The notes under the pieces were generated by a model. It was not told the origin of the DNA, made no database searches, and saw nothing but the letters and a program-made list of their open reading frames with translations. This document shows positions 1 to 14,100 of a stretch of 64,000 nt of DNA, piece by piece; position 1 is the stretch's first letter, and each line of letters begins with the position of its first letter. Origin of the DNA: Octopus vulgaris (taxonomy: Eukaryota); contig OX597837.1 in the NCBI GenBank assembly GCA_951406725.2, positions 21,452,001 through 21,516,000 on the forward strand. Direction: 5' to 3'. The position numbers were made by a program, and so were the translations under genes.

Positions 1-59
1 AAACATGGGCAGGCTTCAGAATAATGATTTCTTTCTTCTTCTTCTTTTTTTTTTTCGTA

Positions 60-606
60 TGGCCAATACATTTATTGAGCCGATTTAAGTTTCTGTTGTA
101 GTGGAAATGTAACAACTCTTGAATGGTCTTCTGTTTTTTTACATATCTTCTGTTACTTTTCATTGTTTTGCATGGGTCCCCTTCGATGATGGCCTTCATT
201 TAATTTTTGTCAATTGCAGAAGGCCATTCACAATCTTCATCTTCAAACCCCTCATCTCCCCTATGAAATTTTGGAACCAATGTTGAACTGTCTTTCTATT
301 GGTAGTCCCTTGTCCAAATGTTTGGTTTGATATTGTGAGCATTTTTCTGCCAATGCCAGTTTACATTTTGTTTTAAAATTCAAACAATAAAATCACTAGA
401 ATTTTTTCCCCCTTATCTTTCACTTGACAGCCTAAAATAAAACAAGAATAAATAGTAAAAGCAAAAACCATTAGCATAAATCAATAGACTGAAGTCTGCA
501 CTTCAGAATGGTTATATTACATAAACACAGTTAAATAAAGGTTTATTTGAAAATACGCATCAAAATTTAAATAACAAAACCACAGTTATTTTTGCACCAA
601 TTATTA
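60..606 (-). mobile_element. Decayed mariner (Hsmar1/cecropia-like) 5' fragment: TIR plus transposase N-terminus
   Basis: Minus strand starts TAATAATTGGTGCAAAAATAACTGTGGTTTTG (mariner TIR-like). It encodes, with a frameshift and a stop, FGQGTTNRKTVQHWFQ/FHRGDEGFEDEDCEWPSAIDKN*MKAIIE, similar to the mariner HTH region. Confidence 0.8.
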
Positions 607-2557
607 TAAACGATCATGCTTAAAAGAAGCTTTTATGTAGATGTATGTGATGTGAATGCATGTGTGTGTATGTGAGAGAGAAGATAATTTATTGATATAT
701 AATAGGGAACTCTTTGAAGATACGGATTAAAATATTTATCAATGAGCTAGAGCAACCTGTTGTATGTTTTTGTATTTAGTTTTCTGTCAGATTTTTGATT
801 GAAGACATGCAAGTTTTGCTTTTAAATCTATCTCTGTGGTCCTCACTTGATATCCAACTACCAACCCCACCCATCAACATAATGGTTGCTTGGCCTGCTA
901 GAAACAGAAGTCAAATTAATTAGACTTTCATTTTAAAGTCTTGAAAAAAGAAGAGCACATTGGATAATATGTATACCTAGATGTACTATGCCTAGGGCAG
1001 GAGAAGAGAAATAGGCATGCCCGGAATTCTTTTGATCATAGGTCTTCTGCTCAATCAGAGTTGACCTGAGATTAAAGAACAGCGGAGAACACTTGCTGAC
1101 CAAAGATTTCATTGTTAAGCTATGATAAATTGAAAGAATATGTTTATAGTTTAAGGTAAATAAAGTAATTTCTTTTATCTATAAGTACCCAGTGCATTGT
1201 GGATTTACCACTGACTTTGAGCTATTTGATCACATTAGTCTATCATAGTGAAACTGGTTGTTTAATCCTAGGTCAGCCTCAATCATTGAGATCTATGATC
1301 AAGTTCATTCCACTTATGACCATCCAAGTTTTTTTTTCCTCCCCGGATATATGTGGCTGCATTATCTAAGGCAGCGGATCTTAAACTTTAGTGGTAACAT
1401 CTCCTTTGTCTTTTGTGAGCTCTCAGGGCTGTTGTAAATGTTAATGGAATAGTATGAAAGAGCCCTGGGTAGAGGTAGAAATAAAATTTTTAACCAAATA
1501 ATAATTAAAAATTAAATATTAGCAGTGGAGGTGATATTATTATCTGAAAAATGGGCAAAGGCTAGCAACAGGAAGTGCATTTGACCATAAAATCCCACTT
1601 TAGAATCAATCCCTTTCCTAGGCATGCTGACATGGTAAAATAGATAAAAGATTTATCATAGGGTCCACTAGTCCATGCACATAACTAAAATGAAGTTCAT
1701 GTAGGGTTGGATAGTATAAGGCAATGTGAATAATGAACCAGGTATGGCTGTGTGTGGTAAGAAGCTTGCTTCCCAACCACATGGTTCCAGCTTCAATCCC
1801 ACTTCGTGGCACCTTAAGTGAGTGTCTTTTATTATAGCCTTGGGCTGACCAAAGCCTTGTAAGTGGATTTGGTAGATGGAAACTGATAGAATAAGTACGA
1901 AACTTCAGAAAAAAGTACTGGGGTCAGTTTGTCCAACTAAAGATTCTTCAAGACGGTACCCCAAAATGGCCAGTCTAATGACTGAAACAAGTAAAAGATA
2001 AACGTTAAAAGAACGAACCATAAATGATAGTGTAGTAAAATAATTTGTTTTGTTTTTTCTTTTTCACTTCAAAACATGGAGAGGAGTGTGTTTGTAAAAG
2101 ACCATTCCATAAAAAAAGGGTACTTAGCCACAAAAAGCCGAGAACATGCTGGTGTGTTGTCATATCCTTCTTAAGATGCTAAATAAAATTTGACTGCTAT
2201 CTCTACCAAGTCACATGACCACGGAACTTTTGTAAATCTAGGGTTTTGTGTGATCTTTTGACTATTGTGTTCATAGTTTTTAATTTATGTATGTCTATGT
2301 GCCACTAAGTTGAAGATAACTCTGGGTCATGTTGTAGATAAAAGCATCTATTAATATTTATCTAGGCAAGGCCTATATTGGAGTGGTTTCCGGTTTTCAC
2401 CAGGTGGTCTACAAATGATCTGATAGCTACACCCAACAGTTAAAATGAAATAGATCCACGTATAGTTGTATGTCTTACCCAGAAACAAAAAGAACTGTGG
2501 AGATGTACTTGCATAGTAAGTGATTTGATCTGAGATCGTGTGCTGAAACGAAAACAA

Positions 2558-2798
2558 TTGCAGCGTTGAAGGTGTTTGTAAGCCATTTAAGAAACACACA
2601 AAAGCCGTTCGATTCACTTCAACATTTAAGTTTAATTTGTCAAAATATTTTCGTCGCTTTAAGACCGCGACCTGTTCACTGACGCGGTCTTAAAGCGACG
2701 AAAATATTTTGACAAATTAAACTTAAATGTTGAAGTGAAACGAACGGCTTTTGTGTGTGTGTTTCTTAAATGGTTTACAAACACCTTCCACGCTGCAA
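2558..2798. repeat. Near-perfect palindrome (~112-bp arms, 13-nt spacer); Penelope-like element end
   Basis: Arm 2558-2669 is the reverse complement of 2683-2798 apart from a few substitutions and a (TG) length difference. Confidence 0.9.
2639..2683 (-). ncRNA. Minimal type I hammerhead ribozyme variant (G3:C8)
   Basis: Minus strand reads GTCA-GTGAACA-G-GTCGC-GGTCTTAAA-GCGAC-GAAA-ATAT-TT-TGAC: stem I GTCA/TGAC, stem II GTCGC/GCGAC, palindromic stem III region. Confidence 0.6.
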
Positions 2799-2994
2799 AA
2801 AGAACTGTACATTTAATAAATCTGAACTCTTGATACCCCTAAGTAGGTACTACACTATCTTATCTGTTGATCCAACTCGACTATTTGCCTCTTCAATCAT
2901 TACTTTGCTGTGTGTGTGTGTGTGTGTCTTCATAGACTTAAGTCTGCATGTGAGTATGTATGCATTCTGGCTTGTGTGTCAATGTAAATATATA

Positions 2995-3216
2995 TAAAGG
3001 CAGCGGTTGATGTAAAGTTCCTGGTTTTAAGGGTTTATCGTGAAAGGCCTGGGTAGAGACCCAACCTTTCTGCATTCTTTTATGGGGCTTAAAAAAAACT
3101 GAAGGGCCCCTGCATTAAGTATGTGGATCTGAGAGGGGAATGTGTTGAATAAAATCATAATTAACCGATCTTCCTATGTTTTCACCCAAAGCCAGGAACT
3201 TTTCAGAACCCCCTTG
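2995..3216. mobile_element. Tc1/mariner-type MITE (degenerate)
   Basis: Inverted ends aaagttcctggttttaaggg / cccaaagccaggaactttt, with TA flanks. Confidence 0.55.
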
Positions 3217-4924
3217 TATAGGTGCAGACATGGCTATGTGGTTAAGAAGTTTGCTTCACAATCACTTGATTACAGGTTCAGTCTCACTGCGTGGCACTTT
3301 GGACTACTAGCCTTTTCTGCTACAGCCTCAAGCTTACCAAAGCTTTGTGAGTGAATTTAGTAGACGCAAACTGGAAGAAGCCTGGTGAGTGTGTCTGTGT
3401 CACCTTGCCAGTGTCATTCATTTGCAAACTTCGTGAAAGCATGTCCAGTCATTGTATTATTCTTATTTCAAAGGACTGCAAGAAATATTACTTTGCTTGG
3501 AAACACTTGAGCAGTGGCAATAGGAAGACCATCCAGTTGTCAAAAATCTGCTCCAACAAATTTTGTTTAACCTGTGCAAGCATGGAAAAGTGGATGTTGA
3601 AATAATTTTTATGAGGAATAAGGAGTAGCCATTATTATATCTATCTATGCTTCGTAGTTCCATCGGCTGTTTTCTTGTTTTGATTGTTGTTATTTAGAGC
3701 AGCGTTTGAATTCAGCTATCAATTATGAACCGCCATCCACCCCTTCCTCACACAGATGTGCTTTCTCTACTTATTTGAATACCGAAAGAAAACCACTTCA
3801 AAAGTGTAGCATGTTAATTTAATGATTTAAAAATTGGGCCTGCATCTTGTGATACGTAAAAATCTAGGTGCAACACATGAATACCACCCCCACACCCCAC
3901 CATCTTTGTTTCTATTAAAGACAGAATTGGAATAACATTTGGAAGCTTTTAAAGCCTCCCTATTTCAAGGGAAATATTCTCTCCCCAACCCCAGTTCTAC
4001 ACACTTATTTTTCAATAATTACATCCTTAGAAAGTTTAAGTGAAACACCCAAAATATGTGACCTTGTATAAATCCTAGAAATTATATTTTTAACCTGTTG
4101 AACTCTATGGTTCTGACAGCATATGCAATTGTTATTTATGCGCATATGCACATGTACCGCATGCACATCCTTTTAATTATCTTCTTAATGGCATAAAATA
4201 TATAAAATTCATAAACAACAGGTGCAGATGCGGCTGTGTGGTAAGAAGTTTTGCTTCCTGACCACATGGTTCTAGGTTCAATCCCAAAGCACACCTTGAA
4301 ATAAGCCCTGTGTGTTTTTGTTTCCCTCCACTGGTTGATAACCAGTGTTCATTATTTTACATCCTTGTAACTTAGCTCACCAAATTAAACTGATAATACA
4401 AGTACCAGGTTTTAAAAATTAGGCACCAGGGTCAATTCTTTTTGACTAAAACCCAAAGAAAAAAGACCACTTTTGTGGATATAGCTATTCTTCCAAAGTG
4501 TTTGCTGCTGTAGGTGGATATATCAGGTGCATATTTTATACTGCTTGCTCTGATCTTGAAGGGTTAAACAAATATATGTGTCTATTTTAGTATGTCAACT
4601 GTTACAAAATGAAATAATGCTCTTGACATTTGCACAATATAAATAAAATTGAACCACTGTAAATACATTTCAGTCATTAACATTTTTTCTCTGTCTCTTT
4701 GTTACCTTTTTTTTTTTAACCTGCTGTATTTTTTTAAGGCAGTTGGGGTGGCAGAATTGTTAGCACCTTGAACAAAATATTTTGTGGCATTTCTCCTTGG
4801 ATTTACAGCATGGCCACAGTCTAATGACCTGAAGCAAGTGGAAAAAAGGGGGGAAAAAGCACTTAATACAAATAAATTAAAGTATAATTAAACCCTGTAA
4901 ACAAGGACAATAAAAATGAGAATT

Positions 4925-5270
4925 AGGAGTGGCTATGTGGTAAGTAGCTTGCATGGCATCTTGGGCAAGTGTCTTCTACTATAGCCTTGGGCCAACCAAA
5001 GCCTTATGAGTGGATTTGGTAGACTGGAACTGTAAGAAGCCTGTCGTATATATGTGTGTGTGTGTATGCTTGTGTGTCTGTGTTTGTCCCCCTAGCATTG
5101 CTTGACAACTGATGCTGGTGTGCTTATGTCCCCATCACTTAGCAGTTCGGCAAAAGAAACCGATAGAATAAGTACTAGGCTTACAAAGAATAAGTCCTGG
5201 GGTCGATTTGCTTGACTAAAGATGGTGCTCCAGCATGGCCACAGTCAAATGACTAACACAAGTAAAAGAG
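4925..5270 (+). mobile_element. SINE family A, followed by a second tail fragment at 5300-5415
   Basis: Colinear with the reverse complement of 61229-61630. Confidence 0.85.
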
Positions 5271-5922
5271 TATTGAAAAACTTTTGTGTTCTCATCTCAT
5301 AGAATAAGTACTAGGTTTACAAAGAATAGGTCCTTAGTTCAATTTCTTAAACTAAAACCCTTTAAGGTGGTGCTCCAGTATGGCCACAGTCAAATGACTG
5401 AAACGAGTAAAAGAATATTTTTTTATAATTTTATTTTATTAGATATTGTATTTGAAAAATGTTTTAAATATTTTGTGTGTTGTGGATGTATAAGTAATTC
5501 GTTGCAGATAAGTTTAGACAACAAAATCTTACGTGGACCCCAGTTGGAACCACAGTGCTACACTGTATGGAAGTTGCCAATCTATTGCCAAGATCATGAT
5601 CATGCTGATGATGGTGACAATAGCAATGGCAGCATCAACACTTCTGATGATGATTACATATTACGCTGACCTTTATTGGCTGATCTCCTTCAATGTTTCC
5701 CTGTCTTCCTTAATGGATAAACATTATGAATAGTATTTTAATTGCTGATTTCATGTGTATATGTGTAATACTTTTTTTTTTCTTGTAGTTTTGTGTAATT
5801 TTATATCAAAAATGATATAGCTGAAGTTGTTTTTAATATAATTTATGTGTAATTATATATTACAAAAAAGTTAAAAAAAGTAATATAGCTAAAACTTGTT
5901 TTATTTTTCTTTTATTATTCAG

Positions 5923-5997
5923 ACCCATGTATGGCTACCACGAAAAGGAGGAGCAGTTTTTAAAAATCTATTTTTACAATCCAAATTTGATTAAAAA
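5923..5997 (+). CDS. REV3L: REV3L internal coding exon (N-terminal domain), 75 bp, phase 2-2
   Basis: ttattcAG acceptor and GTaagc donor. Translates PMYGYHEKEEQFLKIYFYNPNLIK, matching the REV3 N-terminal motif PFYGYHEKE..FMKIYLYNP. Confidence 0.95.
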
Positions 5998-8900
5998 GTA
6001 AGCTTTAATATACATTATATTTTCCTTCTACTCTTCTTGCTTCTGGTTTTGCTAGTTATTTTTGTTTATTTTCCTCAATGTTCTAATCGGTTTCGTTTGG
6101 GGTCCCTAGACAAGGGGTACATTTTACCATGAAGCAGTCGATCTTTTGATTAAAGTAGGGAAACTTACTGCTGCGTTTTTTTAAATATTTTTTAAAATTT
6201 GGTCACAGAAAAAACACTGTAAAATAGTTGACATTACGAAGAGTATCCAGTCACAGAAACCTTGTAAAAGCAGACACTGCAGACCAAAATAGCCCTCTGG
6301 CTAATCAGATTCTGTTGAATCATCTAACTCATTTAAAAGATAGTTAACTAAAGTGGCGCTGCAAAGCCAGAATGGATACTACTCTAACAAGTCTACCAAT
6401 CCACTGCTCTGCACAGCTGATTTTTTTTATTGGCCCCACAAAAGGAAGAAAGGCAAAGCTGAATTTGGGATTTGCACTAAGAGGGCAGACAGTTGGAACA
6501 AATACCAGCAGATAACCTATCAAACACTCTAATTGACATGAATGATTTGTTGTCTCAATTTTACCTATATCATCATCATTATCATTAAATGTCCATTCTC
6601 CATGCTTGCATGGGTCACACGGAATTTGTTGAGGCAAATTTCCTCAATTGGGCCGATGCCCTTCCTGTTGCTAACCCTCACCTGTTTCCAAGCAAGGTAA
6701 TATTTCTCCATAGCTGGACATGTTTTCCAAGGAACACTGGGAGCAAACAACCCTGCTTGTATGATGGGGAAAACCATCACATGATGTCTAGACAAGGGTA
6801 CACACATACACATCTATATCTGTGTGTGTATATGTATAAATGATGGGCTTCTTTCAGCTTCCATTTCCCAAATCCACTTACAAGGCCTTGAATGGCCTGG
6901 GACTATAGTAGAAGGCACGGAGAGGAGAGACTGGTATGCATTGCTGACTGCTGGGCTTCCATAAACAAAACTGTCCAGACTTGTGCCTCGGAGGGCAACT
7001 TTCTAGGTGCAATCCCATGGTCATCCATGACTGAAAGGGGTCCACCATGACATTTGACAAAATAAGTCTAAATGCTAAAGGGTTAAATATTTCTCTTTGC
7101 CAGTTTTATTATGATTAGAAGTTATTTTATGTCTTATTTCCATGTTTGTGTGGGTTGGATGGTTCAACAGGATCCAATAGGCTGGAGGATCATGTCTTGC
7201 TTCAACATCTCTGCTTTGGCTTGATTTTTTTTTTTTTTTTTTTTGTTAGATGCTTTTCCTAACATGAACAACTTTACAAATTACTGCATACATATTTTTC
7301 ATGGCACCAGCTCTAAAGAGGTTGTCTTGTGCTCAGCAAGACTAAAGAGTCCTGCCAAAATCTGTGTTGTCTCTGTTTGATTTCTCAATAACTTTATGGA
7401 ATGTATTGGAGGTGGTCTTTATGTGGCACCAGCACTAGATAGGTTGCCTTGTAACTAGCAAGGCAAAAGAGCCCACATGACTAAAAGAGAAAATGGAAAT
7501 GCAAACTCAAGTTACTTAAGAAAACAGATGGGTGGCGAAGGGTGAATTTACTTTCAAAATATTTCCCAAGAGTAAAATAGAATGAGGAAGTCTGGGAATC
7601 TTTAGTCTAATTTTAATCAACCCACCTGCTTTTAGTTTTGTTTTTGATAAGGGTTCTAAGTTAGCACAATTGCTAGAAACAGCAGAGAAAGGAACCTATG
7701 AATTATGGGTCCATTGAGGCTCATTGCACAAGAATTCAAAAGATATTTAAACGTCTTTTACGCTAACCTCATATTGACCAATACTTTGTGAGTGAAACTC
7801 TTATAACTCTGAGGAAGCTGGTTGTTGAAAAATCTGTTAACTCGTCATCATCATCATTATTTAACATTCATTTTTCATGCTGGCATGGGTTAGATGGTTT
7901 GACTGGAGCTGGTAAGCTGAAGAGCTGCATCAGGTTCCAGTCATCTGTTTTTACTTGGTTTCTACAGCTAGATGCTCTTCCTAATACTAATCACTTTACA
8001 CTGTGTGCTGGGTGCATTTTTATCTATAGCCAGATTCCTTCCTGTTGTCAAACCATACCATGGGGGAAATGTTACCACTGCTTGGTAACATTTCCCCATT
8101 GGCCAGACATGTTTTCACAGAATATTGGAAATGAACGACACTGCTTGTATGATAGTGATGCTCATTTACAACTAGCATGCAATGTCAAAACAAGGAGACA
8201 CAAACACACACATGCTTACATGTGTGTGTGTCTATATATGCATACATACATACAACAGACTTCTTTTTACCTTCTATCTACCAAATCTACTAAAAGGCTT
8301 TAGTCAGCCCAGGGCTATATCAAAAGGCACTTACCCAAGGTGTTCTGCAGTTAGACTGCATCCAGAACCATGTGATCAGAGAGCAAACTTCCTACCATAC
8401 AGTCATACCTGTGCCTTTCATGTTTTCTTATGATATTACTTTTGATAATATATCAGAAAATTGCCCAATGCTTCCAAGGTATAGTATGCAGTTGTCAGGC
8501 GTACTATGCCTGATAGTGATTCAGTACCCCTCATAGTATTTTACAGTTAGTTGGCTTGAAGCCAATGAGAATTGTCTTTGCTCTGAGCTGCGCATAGTGA
8601 CTAGAAGTTATAGGTTCTTTATCTGATAATTTGGCGAGCTCTACTTCTCAAATATAATGGTACCATTGCCAAAATTTTAAATAAAACTTTTAACAAAATC
8701 TGTATTGAATTTTTATGTATAGAATATACAGAAGAATGTTTATTGAGTTGAATGTAGGATTGGCTGTAATTTTGAAAGTTAAATTATTTTTTTTTCATTT
8801 AAAGTGAATTTCATCATTCTAAATTGCTGTGTTGTTAATCCATTGCCAGTTCTTGTAAATCACTGCCAATTCTTTGATGAATCATAATTGTAATGAGTGA

Positions 8901-9454
8901 TTTTACAATTAGCTCATTTACTGTCTTACATAGGCAGAAAGACTATGGTAGTTTGACTTTAGCAGATAGGTATGTCTGCCTTATATATTAATGCAATTAT
9001 CCATTCCTGTCTATATATTAATACAATTATCCATATATCCTGTCTATATATATTATTAATACAATCATCTAAACTATCATTTGTGCATTGCCAAGGGAGG
9101 TAACTCAAGTAGAATAATAAGTAAACTGTTATTAGCTATACTAGTACCTTGTAGTATTTTAGTCATATCCATCTCTGTTTAGAGTTAGAAGTACATTGTC
9201 ATCCTTGCGGGGTTGAAATCTTTTATCTTGTTTCAGTAATTAGACTGCAGCCATACTGTAGCATCACCATGAAGGGTTTTTGGTCAAATGAAATGACCCC
9301 AGTACTTATTTTATTTTACCTTTTTAAAGGCCTGCTACTAATTCTATCAGACACTTTTGCTGACCTGCTAAGTTACGGTGTCTTAAACACATCAATACCG
9401 ACTGTCAAGCAGCAATGAGAGACAAACACACACATACAGCTACCTATATTATAA

Positions 9455-9526
9455 TCCTCGGTAGCATAGTGGTAAGTATCCCCGCCTGTCACGCGGGAGA
9501 CCGGGTTTCGATTCCCTGCCGGGGAG
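9455..9526 (+). tRNA. tRNA-Asp(GTC)-like sequence; probably a pseudo-tRNA or SINE head
   Basis: 72 nt. Acceptor stem TCCTCGG/CCGGGGA, anticodon arm CCCGC-CTGTCAC-GCGGG, T-loop TTCGATT. The invariant G53 is T, and TTTT follows at 9537-9540. Confidence 0.8.
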
Positions 9527-10743
9527 ACATTTGTACTTTTGAATGGCGGTGCCCCAGCATGGCCATAGCACGTGAGCTGAAACTAAATGAAAATGAAAAA
9601 AAATGAATGATATATTATTAATATCTTATTGTATGTATGTATGTACCTTGGATCGTAGGGCGACCTGCTGTGCTTGAGGAGACCTACTGAGTCAAGTACA
9701 TCAACATCAAAATAAAAAAAATCAAATGGAAATTGTAATCATGATACCTGTGCTGGTGGCATGTAAAAAGCACCAACTGATTGTGGCCGCTGCCAGCTTC
9801 CCCTGGCACTTGCACCGATGGCACGTAAAAAGCACCCGCTACACTCACGGCGTGGTTGACGTTAGGAAGAAACTGTAGAAACATTGCCAGATCAGACTGG
9901 AGCCTGGTGCAACCTCCTGGCTTCCCAGACCCCAGTCAAACCATCCAACCCATGTTAGCATGGAAAACGGACGTTAAACGATGATGATGATATGTACATA
10001 TACACAATAGGTTTCTTTCAGTTTCCATCTGCCAAATCCACTCACAAGACTTTGGTTGACTCAAGGCTATAGTAGAAGACACTTGTTCAAGGTGTCACAC
10101 AGTAGAACTGAACTTGGAACATGTGGTTGGGAAGCAAGCTTCTTACCACACAACTATCCCTCCTACCTTCCAAAATTTATGCAATTCTGTGTCAGTGTTA
10201 GAAACCATAGAAGCTGAATAATTTTGCCTGGTAATTCATTCATCCTAAGAACTTCTTTCATAGTTGGCTAATGTGTTTTTTCTTCCCCTATGCCACAATA
10301 GTTTGTTTCTATTTATTTTCGATTATTTGTAATGGTTATTTTGCTATGAATAATTGTGCTGTCAATCATTTGTCTTTGAATAAATCAAATCACCTGCTCC
10401 ATGTCTTTCTTACATTTCCTGAGAATTAGTTTCTCATTGATTGTTGGAATTATCACAGCACTGAAGACTGGGTCTTAACCTGGCAATAAACGTTTCCTAA
10501 TTACTTCACTCTTGGACAGCAAGCTGGCAGAATTGTTGGGATATTGGGCAACATGCTTAGCAGCATTTCGTTTGTCCTTATGTTCTGAGTTCAAGTTCCA
10601 CTGAGGTCATCTTTGCCTTTCATCTTTTCAGGGTCAATAAAATAGTACTAGCTGAGTGCTGGGGGGTCAATGTAAGCAGCTTACCCAGAACTTGCTGCCT
10701 TTGTGCCGGAATTTTCAAACCAGTTCACTTTACTCTATCTTAA

Positions 10744-11191
10744 TCCTTTATCATTTAAATCAGCTTTATCCAGCCTAAACATTCTGCCTGTTTTTTGTGT
10801 TCATACTGACCAGGTCCAACCTCTCACACCTACCCTACATTATCATTCTAAAAATAAACAATCTCGTCATCAAAATTTTGAAGCTCTGAGATAATGCATA
10901 ATCGATTCAAAAATAATGTGAATATAAATGAACATCACATTTGACTGAGTAATCTGAATGTCAAAGGCTTAACCCTTAAGCATTGAAACCAGCCACATCA
11001 GGCCCAAATATTGTACTTGGTTTTATGTTCAAACTGGCCAGATTCAGCCTCTTGCACCTACCCTACAATGCATTTATGAAAATAAGCAATTGCATCATTG
11101 AAATTTCAAAGTTACAAGCTAATGCATGGTTAATTCGAAACAATTTGAATAAATAAGCATTGCATTTGATAGTAATCTGAATGATAAAGGC
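10744..11191. mobile_element. Head-to-tail tandem pair of piggyBac-type MITE family 2 (TIR ~CCCTTTAGCATT); other copies ~15100-15311, 38050-38466, 44668-44835, 60370-60583
   Basis: Two ~220-bp homologous units sharing a central TTAA (10969-10972), with TTAA at the outer ends. Confidence 0.75.
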
Positions 11192-14100
11192 TTAAACTTG
11201 GAAATTCCTCAGAGAGTACAAACACTTCTGCCAGCTTGCTACCTTGATGTTTGTAATATTAGTAGTTTTGGTGTCTTTTGCAGCTCTAAAATTTTCATCT
11301 GCCACATGTAACAATGCTACTGTAATTAATTTCTAACATTGGTTTTTTGAGATTATGTTTTATAATTTATCTCAGGTGAATTATGTTTCTCTTTGTCACT
11401 GAATAATTATTATGACTTGCATCATTTCATAGAGGTACAACATCAATTTTCTGGGACCTTTGATTCCTAAGTCTTTTTTTTCCAGATTCTTGATATTTCC
11501 AAACCAAGGATGATCACCTCTAAATTAAACAAATATTAAATTTAGATAAGACCATTCCCGAGTCATCTAGATTCATATAGCCAGTTTCCCAGTTTCTATG
11601 ACTTATGCATTCCCCACCTTGATGGGATTCTGGGTGCTGGCTGAGTAGACCAGAGCAAGGTGAAATGAATTGTTTTGCTCAAGAACATAGTATGTCACCT
11701 GGTCCAGGAATCTTTACAATAAATGAGTCCAACACTAATTACTAAGCCATGTGCCTTCACAATATTAAATTTACTTAAATAATAGGCACAGGCATGTCTT
11801 GTGTGGTACAAAGTTTGCCTCCCAACAACATGGTTCTGGGTTCAGTCCCACTGCGGGACACCTTGGGCAAGTGTCTTCTATTAAATGTTCGTTTATGTTC
11901 CAAATACCAACTTAGTATGATAGGTATTTTACTAAATTCTTCATTATTTTCTTAATTCATTCAAAATTAGTGTGTTTCAGCTGAAATGTGGTAAACAGTA
12001 GGGTTAATCTAGCACACTGGAGACTTTGGGGAGGGTCTGGAGTGTAAGTGTGACAGAAAAACTGGTGCTGTATCTGTGCTATTTTGGGCTATGCTAATGG
12101 CTCTTTCCTTGTATATTCTTCTATTTTTGGTTGGCTAAAACCTTGCTTGCTATGTCTTTCTCTCTTTTTATCACTGTAACTATGGTTTCTTCCTTTTTGC
12201 GAAAGACTACTTTTGATTCGGTGAATTTTATGTTGTAAATATGAATTTTTTGGTTGATGACAAGACCATGTAAGAAACCTATGTGTCAAATATCTTCATG
12301 GACTGGAATTTGTTTTATTGTTCTTTCTCTCTTTCTTTTATTTCTTCTTCTCCATATTTCCTAATGGTAGACAGTAATGTGGTTCTAAGATTCTACATGA
12401 ATGACAGGTTGTTAAGTTAATGGCTATCTAAATTTAGTATCACAAATAAACAGCCCAACAATTCCCATACAATAAGCTCTGTTAACCTATTTATTTTTAT
12501 AATTTGTTTCCCCATTCATAAACATAACACAGAATGCTATAAGCTGGATCACTCTTCACTAATATATCTGTTGAAGGTTCTTGTTACAATGTTGGTAGTG
12601 ATGGTCATGGTGTCTTTTATATCAGATTTCTTTTAGTCTTGTGTGGTGGTAGTGGGAGAAGAAATTCTTTTGTTTTGAAAAATATGTATTAATTTAACAA
12701 CTATTATTGTCATTTTGCCACATTGTTTCTGGTTTGGTATAATTCACCCTAATTACATTTCTAAGCTTGAATTTTGGGAAGTTGCTACCTCTGATGGCAA
12801 CAAAGGATTTCTCTCTATATCATAATATCATATGCATATATATGCAAAGCGGAAACAGCACAATGCTTGCAAGCATTGTAATGTTGCATGGTTGTAAGAT
12901 ATAAGCATTGCTTGCAAAAGATCTAAGGAGAATGATGATAAAAAATAAGTTGAATAATGCTTCATTGAATGTGTTAAAAATAGACTTGCAGGAAAGGCAA
13001 AGTCCAACCAATTTGAGGAAATGGTTTGTCGTCAATGGCATCAAGGGTTGGGTGCAGCAGGAACAGCTAAACTAATTGTATCAATTGTTGGGTGTAAAAT
13101 ATGCTGTGTGCTAACAGACAAACAGTAATAGTGATAGAGGAAATAGTGGGGAAGCTGGATTTGGAGGTCTTGGGCTCTCACATAGAAATGACAGGAGAAT
13201 TAGAATTAGAAGTGATATTACATACCACCCCAACTCGTACCATTTTGGGAATGGTGAGGATGAGAATGAGTTCCTGTGCCAACAATGTTTCTGTTTGACC
13301 GGTCACTTTCTGACAGATTTACAGTCAAGCCTGTGGCAGTGGAGTCCTCCAGTATTCTCAGGCCAATGGACCATATCCCTGCTCACCACTATCAGAGTAG
13401 AAATGACTATCCACAAGTGTGAGTCTGTGTGGCTGTTCCAGCACATCTCCCTCGCCATCCTCTGGGGCAGTGCCTTTTCAATTTAGTCTGAATTAGAGAA
13501 AATCAAGAGAATGTAAGAATTTTGTAGCTTACATCATCATCATTATCATGTATTATTATTTTACAGATTAAATGATTTAACTTGCGTCTATCATTTACTT
13601 ATCAATGTAAATAGCATCTCTCTATTTGTTGTTCATTGTTCACAAATGAAAGTGCTAACTGAATGACAGTTTATATGGGATCTAGGTTTATTAGTGTAGC
13701 AGTTGTAATTATTTTTGAGATTTAGTATCCTAAATCATGAAGGATACACCCCTTCTCAAGGGGCTTCCCTGTAATCTGAACAAAACAGGCAAAAATAAGT
13801 GGAATATATAGATAATAACTCTGCGATCAAAGAATTACCCTAATTAATTAAGTGATTAATTATGTTGGATATTTTTATAATGCGCTGATTTAAAGCAAAT
13901 AAAAATAGCTTAAGTATTGTTAACAAAGATTTTTTAGTTATTATGATTCAATCAAAGAAAATTAATTCTTTGTTTGAAATATAATTAATTATATATTTTA
14001 GTAATAAAAATTTCCAAATTAAACCAGATTATTTTCATAGAATTAATTATTTTGGGCAGTTAGTCTTCATCAGAGATGTTGTAAGCCTTTTTCATCTTCA

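Noticed and set aside
12820-13480. Possible decayed Penelope RT fragment (PLTTNHFLKLVGLCLS)
   Set aside because: The similarity is too short and weak to call without a profile search.
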